From NCBI GenBank assembly GCA_003614675.1, contig ML002322.1, forward strand, positions 1 through 42,002: a DNA stretch of 42,002 bases, read 5' to 3'. Positions 25,170 to 33,907 of the stretch are shown piece by piece; the stretch's first letter is position 1; every line of letters starts with the position of its first letter. The notes beneath the pieces were generated by a model that saw only the letters and a list, made by a program, of their open reading frames with translations, ran no database searches and was not told where the DNA came from. The stretch comes from Dimargaris cristalligena. Lineage: Eukaryota. A program made the translations under genes and the position numbers.

Positions 25170-27800
25170 TTCTATTGTCTCTCCTGCTTTATCTATATTT
25201 GAAATCCCAGATAACTTCATCAGATGTCAACCCAATGAAACACCTAATGTTGAAACACAGGAGATATCAATCTGATTGTTTACAACCAATGTCCTGCTGA
25301 TCAACTTGAACAAACCCACACACAACCATTTACATCACTACTTCATAAGATGTAATAGTGGGGCCTATGGATGTATGACGTGTCTGGTATTTGGCAGACT
25401 GTTCATTCACAATGGTTTTCTTTGGAGGGGTGTCTGGAATTATTTGATGAACCTTGATCCAGATCCTCCTTGGGTGTAAATTAATACCTCCATTTGGGAT
25501 GGCGGGCTATAGTTTATAGTGTCAGGCAAGATTGTTCCTGAAAGTCCGATAGAACTATTCATCAATTGTGGTGTGGCCAACCCATCCAATTAAACTCCTT
25601 AGGAAATTGTAATCAGTGTCAAAATTTAGGCTAGACCGGCAAGTACAACTAAGGTGTAGTTAAACTAACTGGGGTAGAAAGCGGGGGGCTGGGTGGCTCA
25701 ATTTTATGTGTTTTTTTTTTCTGCACAGGTCCTATAGTAACTCTAGAACATACCTTACATGGTTTGTTGTCATAGGCAACAAATTGCTTTGTTTTAATGA
25801 CACATAATTGGTTTTTAGTTCTATACTGAGTAATGTAAAAAATAAAGGGGGGCCAATTATAGTATAAAAGAGTATTTATTATCCCAAAAAAATTGGGGGT
25901 GGGTAGAGGGGGAGGTAGGGAATATGTAGTGCCATCTGGAGGTCGGCACTTAACCCCAGACTATGGATGGCCAGTCTTTGTTATCAAAGGGCGGAATATA
26001 CCACAATATATAACAGCAGTATCATTCCCGCCACTTTCCCATTAAAACTGCCACCTAGACTGTGGCATATACTAAGAATACCGAAAATCTTATTAAATTT
26101 TACACATATAGTTTACATTAAAAAGTCTGACTTATTTCTTGGTGGATTCTTTTCCCTTCCATTTTACTCCATTTGCTGATTATTTTCTACATCCTTTTCT
26201 TTACACCCAGCAGCCTCTAAGGCCCACAAAATAGTTACATAAGTAACCAGTAAATTCTTGCTTATTTTTTAAGAGAAGAACAATCACTATTTGTTTTATT
26301 TGAACTGATTTTTTATTCCTTAAACTCTACTATGCCTTTTTCTATTGATTTATTATTATTAACATTACTGTTCTTTATTATCTTTCAATAAACTTTTGCA
26401 CCCCTTGTTTATATCCCCATCCTCCATTTATTTTACTGATCATTCACCCCTCCAAAATCCTGCTATGACAGCACCCAACTCTGCCCCAGTCTTATCCAAC
26501 TCTGCAAACCTCCCATCTTCTGCCACCAGGGAGCTGGCCACCACAACTTTAGGCTGTACTGATAAGGAGGCCACTGCCTCCTTATAAATTCCAAAGGCTA
26601 CTAGCAATAGGCTGGACATCCCAGGTAGTATAATTACAGGGTGATATTGTCTATATTTGATAAAAACTAGTAAGTTGCTGATATAGTTAGCACTGCTTTG
26701 TATCCCTATGCTATTATTATTATCACACTACTATATCACCCATGGATTTGAGTATGGCCAACTGGCAGGAATACTATTGGAGCAACAGTCTATTTTTTGT
26801 TTTACAACCTACACTTAATAAACCTGTCTTTGGGAGCTCTAATTATGAAATGGATAGCTACCAAAGTAAGACCTCCCTCTTAATGATAGAATGGGATGTG
26901 CCATATAGCCTACTATTTAGTGCAAGGGAATATGGAAACAAAAGAGGAGGCTTATACAGTCATAGGTCTGATGAGTCAATAGTTAAAAGTAAGATAAATT
27001 GGCCCAATCATCTCGGATATTTGTGACTGCTCTATGTGATTGTTACCTGGGTTAACCACTCTTAGTCCATCAAGAGTTCTAAGGATAGGCTTCTAACAGT
27101 AGGTGGGGCTTAGGCTCAGCCAAGTGGGCTACTAGTGCTAGGATGGGGGCATAGTACTAACCAATAAAGGATAGATGTAAGTTAATATCAGGGATGTGCA
27201 GCAGGTACACTTACTAGTCAGTACAAGGGGAATGAGCATATAGAGTTTTTTGAGGTAAACTGGGGGATAAGAATAAGCTAAGGCATGGAACCAGCCCCAG
27301 TGGGGGCCTGGTTATATATACATAGGGACAGCTCCAGAGGGAGGTCCTAAGGGAATACTACTAAGACTAAGGTATAGAAGTAAAGAATCCAACCAGATGA
27401 ATTTGCATTGGGAAGACTCTCATGGGAACTGGAAAAGTCTTGGATCAGCAAGTTGAGTGTTTAGGGTGCTAGTGTTGGGGTCAAATGGGTGGGGTTATAT
27501 AATAAAGGATGCCCCATAGTACTGGGGGTGACTATGGGAGGGACAATATGGCTTTATAAGGCCAGAATGGAACAGGCAATCATTAGGTCTGGGTTAAGTC
27601 AGATTAGGAGGGCTGACAGTGATAAAAAAGAGCTAGATATTTGCCTAATTTTAACACTAATAGATATTGTAGCCATGTGGGCAAATCTTCACTTGTGTTA
27701 GTCATGGTACTTAATTGATCAGCCCTAAAAAGGGACTCTCCAGATTTTTGAATATCATTGCAAATGCTGAATCAACCACTAGCTAGGGTCTATTATTGCA
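25170..27800. mobile_element. AT-rich, CpG-depleted degraded transposon region
   Basis: Very few CG dinucleotides, no credible ORF, contains repeat copy C. Boundaries approximate. Confidence 0.6.
27045..27620 (+). repeat. Degenerate repeat family, copy C
   Basis: CCTGGGTTAACCACTCTTAGTCCATCAAGAGTTCTAAGGATAGGCTTCTAACAGTAGGTGGGGCT...GCAGCAGGTACACTTACTAG is colinear with the reverse complement of 1290-1830. Confidence 0.85.
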
Positions 27801-28568
27801 ACTGGTATGTCGGGGATTTGTATTTTCCACTAGTCTTATATTAGTATTTTTTGCTACATTTCTACTGTAGGGGGTACAGCACGATATCCCCTCCCCTCCT
27901 CAGCTACATGCTGCTATCAATGGCTGGGACTAAATCCCTTTAATTCAATCGACCTTCTGCCAATACATAAAAGGAAATCTGTGGCTTTTATCACCAGTGG
28001 TAATGGTTACAGCCGTGAGACCCTCACATGTGTTGGAATTCCAGGCACCTAATTTGGACAGAGGGAGGGGGGCCCGCAGAGCATTGTCATGATGGTCCGC
28101 CTGAACATAGCCTCCATGAGTTCAAGAATAGAAGACTGAGCAGGGTTCTTCAACGTCCCCCTTTCATCAGTACGCATTTGTATATAAAGGGGAGAAAAGA
28201 AAGGATATGACCATGGCCATGTCGGCTTCGTTCTTTACTAAGCTATTCGTAGCTCCACATGCTGCAATTCCAAGAATAATAATCGAGAAGGGAAAAGGGA
28301 AGGCCCAGGGTGGGTTGGGGAGTACAGGGAGAGTGGTACGAGGGAGTCGACAAGGGTCAATGGATATTTATACTCCCAACTACATTATACCTTCGCTAAG
28401 TTTATATCCAATATTACGGGCAGCGCCCCCAAATACACAGTATATTCGTAGTGGTCTCACCCTTTAAACAATATGAGTACCAAACTCATCTAGGTGAATG
28501 AACACATGGTCAAGGGGATGGATACTCTGCCTAGATGAGAGGTGTCCCAGCGAAACAGCTGTCTAGTT

Positions 28569-28578
28569 TATATAAAAG
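28569..28578 (+). promoter_or_regulatory. Canonical TATA box upstream of secreted peptide paralog 2
   Basis: TATATAAAAG about 190 nt upstream of the ATG at 28761. Confidence 0.55.
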
Positions 28579-28760
28579 GCACGACTAGTATACCTATACT
28601 GAGATATATCCCCTCCAAACTCACCCTCAATCACTCTGGTTAAACTAAAGACTACTCGACAGTAGCCCGTGTATTGCATTGCCTACCGTTCTTTTTATCG
28701 AAGTTTCATTTTGGCCTTCCCCTCCCCTGCTTACTTCCATTGCCAAATCCTGAATTTACC

Positions 28761-29093
28761 ATGGTGCGAACAATTGCGCTCCCATTGATTCTTTTGGGCC
28801 TCGTTGCTTTCAACATCCCCGCCATGGCCGCGTCCGCGAACCAGGGGACCTCGGCAACTAACCCTCGGCTGAACAGGCGCTCGATGATGCATACGGCCAT
28901 GTACATGAAAAACGAACTTGATCATCGCAACTCTCCCATAAGCACCCCCCGAACCGGCGAGGCCTTAAAGAAGACGCCAGGGAATAGCGACAATATCCGA
29001 TCCACGACCCAGCCGCCGATATCCTCATGGTGGTCTTCCCTCAAAAACTATCCCTATTTCAACCGCCAGAAGTACGAAGAGCGGCGTAGTTAA
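28761..29093 (+). CDS. Small secreted pre-pro-peptide, paralog 2 (110 aa; signal peptide, Kex2 RR site)
   Basis: ACCATGG start context; MVRTIALPLILLGLVAFNIPAMA signal peptide; TNPRLNRR|SMMHTAMYMKN; paralog of 24359-24691. Confidence 0.85.
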   Translation: MVRTIALPLILLGLVAFNIPAMAASANQGTSATNPRLNRRSMMHTAMYMKNELDHRNSPISTPRTGEALKKTPGNSDNIRSTTQPPISSWWSSLKNYPYFNRQKYEERRS

Positions 29094-29518
29094 AGCAGTC
29101 TCACTCATTCAAACCGCTTGACTTATCCATTTAACCGGAGAAGGCCTAGATATCCGTGCTCCGCGTTCGTTTGTGATGCCATTGGCGACTCACAGTTCAT
29201 TTTAAATTGATATTTAGTATACTCATTTTAGTAAAACAAATAATCATTCACTTCTAAATAAACAGAGCGGTTTCCTAAATGAAAATAGCAGTACCGTTCG
29301 GCGGGGATTGAGCGTTATAGCAATGTCAACAAAGGCATCTTGCAGCATACAGCATACAAACAATAATAAAAAGAAAATATAATTACAATAACCGACGCTC
29401 ACTCATTTTCCAACTCTACCCTATTCCGTGGTAATGCAAAATACCAGAAGAAAAGTCAAAATAAAATTGAGAGGATGGAAACGTGGATTAAGGAATACGC
29501 GGAGAACATGCAAAATGT

Positions 29519-31543
29519 CTATTCCCCATTAATTTCAGTTGGGGTTTCTTGGCCGCTAAGGTGTGGGCCCTCCTTCATCTCCTGAATCAGGAAAGCATTA
29601 AAGTCCTCGGGGTTTTCCACCATGAGATTATGGCCTGCGTCGCCAATATGAACGATTTTCGTGGGGACTCGCATCCGAGCGGCTGCTGCCTCAGCCCCCC
29701 GGTAGTCCATCCAGTCCGTTTCACCGTACATAAAAACGGTAGGCACTTTCAGATCGTGGAGGCGACTCGCAAGGGGGTTTCGGGCGATCACAAACGGGTG
29801 GGTCAGGATGGTGATGGAATACTCGCCCGATCCGGGACGGGTAGCCAAGTGGTACAAGTAGTCCGAGAGGGCGGTGCGTTCCGGTTTAGCCAGATATTCA
29901 TAACGACTGATGTACTGGTTCACTAGGTAAGAGCCCAGTGGGCCTGAATTGCGCACAAACCATTGCGGGGAGGACTGGGAACGCCAGCAATAGGCCACCA
30001 GTTTGAACATAAACTGGCGGCTCCCAAACAAAGGTTTTGGGCCGGCGGGCTTCGCCGGCGGGGAAGGGGATTCGGCGGTGGCATCGTCCACGTCCGTATC
30101 GTTGACCAGGGGAGTATTCACATCGGGATTTGAATCCAGCTGGGTGTCAGCCGTGAGGTCGATCCCTGTATACTCCTGCGTTTGTTTTGCAATGGCGGCC
30201 TGTACTTCCGGTGGCGGCAGTGGGCGGGCTTGTTCATCCGCAGGGCCCGTGTTGGGCTGAACCAGTGGCACTTCCGACCCCGGTAACCAAGTGGAGGCCT
30301 TGGGGCGGGTGGGGCCGAAATCTGGGAGGGCGTCGGCGCCGCTGCCTTTCATAAGTTCGTCCACCCAGGGAAGGAACCCCTCGGGAATTTCGGGCACGCC
30401 CATGGGCGAGGCCAAGATGAGTTTTTCGACCCGCTCGGGGTAGCGCAGGGCATAGAGTGCTGTCATGTAACCGCCGAAACTATGGCCCAATAGGACCATT
30501 TTAGAAATGCCCATGGCTTCCCGCCAGCGTTCCAGAGAATCCACAAAGAACTCTTCGGTCTCACGGACCTGGGCGGCCGAACCTTCGTCGGTTCCCCAAT
30601 GCACTGGCTCTTCGGTGGCAGCATTAGCGGGAGTTTCGCGTTGTTTATGCCAGGGTAGGTGAGTGGGGCGAGCACTTAGGCCCATACCCAGCCAGTCGAT
30701 TCCGAACACCCGACGACCACTATGGTTGGCGAGGTGCTCGTAATTGCGGAAGAAAATTCCTAGACCGGTACCAAAGCCGTGGGCTACTACCAAGGTGGGG
30801 CGATCGGCACGCTCCTCTAAGGTGGCGGCATCGTCCGAGTCAATCATAAGCGTCCGGACGAATAGGCCGTCACCAATATCGACAGAACCCAATCGGGCCA
30901 CCATGTCACCGTGGGGTCCGGGGCCTCGAACGCCGTTCGACTCCAACTCACTGGTGGTTTGACTGGCGAAAGACCGGCGGCTGGAAGCAGAAGTAGGGGA
31001 GCCCGAGGCGGCTGGACTACTGGGACCCTCCGAGGAGGTCTTGTTCACATGTTTGAAAGGTGATAAACGGGTTAGCAGACCTGAAACGAGACCCGTGGCG
31101 TGGCGTTGGCGACCTGTTGGGCACTTGCCAGGGGTGGAAGAGGCAGGGTCCTCCTGACGCCCCCCCGCGCGGAGTTGGGCCAGGTAGGCCTCTAGGGGCT
31201 CGGAAGGCCGAAAAATAGGGAGACTCGATAGAAGTTGTACTTCAGCATGCCGGGCCTTAAAATGGGTCGACGGCCACCGACCGGGCAATGTGGTAAGGTA
31301 ATGGTGGAAGGGCATGGACAGCTTGGGTAAGCCGGCGCTAGGCTGGGACTCGCCGAGGGACGCCATAGGGGGCACTGAGAGTGAGGAAAATGGATATTCA
31401 CTGGAAACAGGGGGGGAATACGAAGCCGAAATGAAACGCAGCTTAGAAGCGTGTGCCGTTCTACGAACGGGCTGAAGGGATGAGTAGACGGACAAGCGGT
31501 GAATTGGCTTGGGCAGGTGAGACAAGCGAACTACGAGATGCAT
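29519..31543 (-). CDS. ABHD4/ABHD5 (Cld1/Ict1-like) lipase/acyltransferase, paralog 2, 674 aa, possible mitochondrial presequence
   Basis: AHGFGTGLGIFFRNY, IDWLGMGLSAR, EEFFVDSLERWR, GHSFGGY, YPERVEKLILASPMG, SPQWFVR, SGEYS, YGETDWMD, AGHNLMVENP. Confidence 0.92.
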   Translation of the reverse strand: MHLVVRLSHLPKPIHRLSVYSSLQPVRRTAHASKLRFISASYSPPVSSEYPFSSLSVPPMASLGESQPSAGLPKLSMPFHHYLTTLPGRWPSTHFKARHAEVQLLSSLPIFRPSEPLEAYLAQLRAGGRQEDPASSTPGKCPTGRQRHATGLVSGLLTRLSPFKHVNKTSSEGPSSPAASGSPTSASSRRSFASQTTSELESNGVRGPGPHGDMVARLGSVDIGDGLFVRTLMIDSDDAATLEERADRPTLVVAHGFGTGLGIFFRNYEHLANHSGRRVFGIDWLGMGLSARPTHLPWHKQRETPANAATEEPVHWGTDEGSAAQVRETEEFFVDSLERWREAMGISKMVLLGHSFGGYMTALYALRYPERVEKLILASPMGVPEIPEGFLPWVDELMKGSGADALPDFGPTRPKASTWLPGSEVPLVQPNTGPADEQARPLPPPEVQAAIAKQTQEYTGIDLTADTQLDSNPDVNTPLVNDTDVDDATAESPSPPAKPAGPKPLFGSRQFMFKLVAYCWRSQSSPQWFVRNSGPLGSYLVNQYISRYEYLAKPERTALSDYLYHLATRPGSGEYSITILTHPFVIARNPLASRLHDLKVPTVFMYGETDWMDYRGAEAAAARMRVPTKIVHIGDAGHNLMVENPEDFNAFLIQEMKEGPHLSGQETPTEINGE

Positions 31544-32218
31544 GAAAAAATAGTGAGATGGTTGGAATAATGTTTCCGTTATTTATGTCGGGCTTTGGTC
31601 CGGGTGGGCAGGCTAGGGTTTTATAAAAGCCGAGAAGACGGCTTAGGGGCTTTATACCCTTAAAGTGATAAAAGCGACTCTTGAGTGCCAGGCGCACCAT
31701 TATTATCCAGCCACCAGCACTAATTCCAACAAACCGTAGCCCAATGGGTGACGAATCTCTGGAGCCCTCTCCCATTGATGCTCCGATAATTAGGCTTAGG
31801 CCATTGTAAATTCGAATCAGGGGTGGATTAGTCAGCAAATGGGTGACGACGGCAATTAAGGTGGGCCGGGGTGGCGAACGCCCACGCGTCCCTTGGCACT
31901 CCTCCCACTAATACCATCATATATTCTTCACTAGTCATGTGCCTTCGACGACCATTTCCGTATCCGGACAATCCACTATAGCAAGTTCCCTCCTTGGTAT
32001 GTACAAAAAGTGGCCCACTATACCGACTCAACCTGTGTGCGGTGTCGTATAAAATTATTGGATCCCTGCTATTTATCATTTATCGCCAAGCTAGTTACCG
32101 CAGTCATGCTGTACATCCTAAAACGTCCCTCCCATTACTCTTGCCGTTCTAGAAAAACAACAACAAACATTGTTCATTAGCTACGTTAATCGCCAACATT
32201 ACTCAAAAACGAGTTCTT

Positions 32219-33907
32219 TCAAAGAAAACGTTGATTTATCCAATGGGAGTAAGCCATCCCAACCAGGAGGGTTAATGCTATGCGATAATTCCCTTTAACA
32301 AAATCCGCGGCCTGACTGAATAAAGTCCTGTTTTTCCTATAAATTGCATTTACCGCCCGTTCCACCGGCTGGAACGATGGGAAATCGGTTTGAACACCAG
32401 GATCCATGTACTGGTTGGCTTCCAAGGTAATTCCAAGTAAATTTATCGGCACCTGAACTCCCAATTCGCCTTTCGGAGTGAGTGTAAACCAGCGACTACC
32501 AAGATACTGGTACCAACAGGTGGTGCGGTCGGCATTGTAATTATTCAGGCTGACTTCCACTCCCCAGGTATTGGCTAGGAATCGGGCGACATCGGTCAAA
32601 TCTCGGGCAGCAAGGCACTCGATAAACGGCTGTTTTTGACTTTCAAAAGTATGACTGACTCGCTGGTCAGCACCATCAAAGATTTCCACCGTAACCAGCA
32701 GTTCGCTCAGCATTTTCACCCTTGCCGAGTCCTTACGAATGGCAGCAAGGGTTAGAGAAAGGTAAGCCACACTACCGGCCACATGGCTAATGCGGTGTTG
32801 GCCGTTCCCCCCGGCCTCCGACGGTACTGAGCGCAGAAGGGCCGTGAAGAACTTATCCAACTCAGTCGTCCATTGGCGGTGGTGGAGGTACCAGGTTATC
32901 ATGGGAATGGCCAGCTCAATCGATCCCCCCACTGGTGTACGGGCCAGCTGAAGGGCATCCACCGACTCGGGGGCTAGTCGAAGAGCAGTCCCAAAATGGG
33001 TATCCATAGTGGATTGCGGTTCATGTAGCAGGCTAAAGTGGGTTGAGGTGGAGCGGTAAATCCGCTCCAAATACACCATGGTGCCAGCATTGGCATAGGG
33101 CACTAAAGGGAATAGCTGTCTTAGTTGAAAGGCTGATAAGGCAGGAACACTGACTACTCTCCACGTTTCCTTTTGTAAAATCGGAGCGAGGCGATTTGCG
33201 CTGATCAGCTTGAAAAATTCGATAGGCCGGTAGCTCATGGGGTTCTCATCGTCAATCGAGGACTCGTCCAAGGTGTCTTGGTTTAAAGGAATATCCTGGA
33301 ATTCACTCAGAAAACTCCCCATCATCTGAGCCCAGGACTCGAGGCGGGCTAGGGAATAAAAATCGGCCGTAAATTGCAGGATCTGTTGAGCCGAATTCTC
33401 TGGGACTCGTTGGTCCAAGGTTTCCACCGCTTCGAGTGCAATTGATGTATCTTCTAATAATTTGTTAATCTATCAGTTATAATCCGTAATATACAATCCA
33501 ATGTCCCCCACAAGCAAACCCCAATAACACACTGATTAGACAGCCGGCAAATGCATCTCTACACAATTGAAGGCCCCAATGGGCCACAAGGACGGAGCGT
33601 GCCCAGGGCATTTTCGCCCTAGGAATGGGAATACGAGTACGATTCAAAAAGAGGGCCGAGATGACGGGGGAAAATAACTTACTCGATTAGTGATAGCAAG
33701 ATGGTTCTGGACCAGGCTCTGGTTTATAAAATCGGCTTTTCGGACAAAATCACCAATGGACAGCTGGTGTCCGATGGCTACTCGGAGTTCGTAGGGTAAC
33801 AGCTGTTCAATGAGGTTTCCTAGCGTCTCATCGGGTGTTTCGGTGGCCCTTCCAAGAGTAGCGAAGGAAAAAAAGGCCAGAAGGGTCGGAGCAATACAGA
33901 CTTTCAT
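32219..33907 (-). CDS. Secreted hypothetical protein with N-terminal F-box-like motif; exon 1 33907-33683, probable micro-exon from 33618, last exon ~33453-32219
   Basis: Signal peptide MKVCIAPTLLAFFSFATLGRA, GTAAGT donor at 33682, 400-codon downstream ORF on the same strand, TATTTATAAATA about 105 nt upstream. Exact splicing uncertain. Confidence 0.7.
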
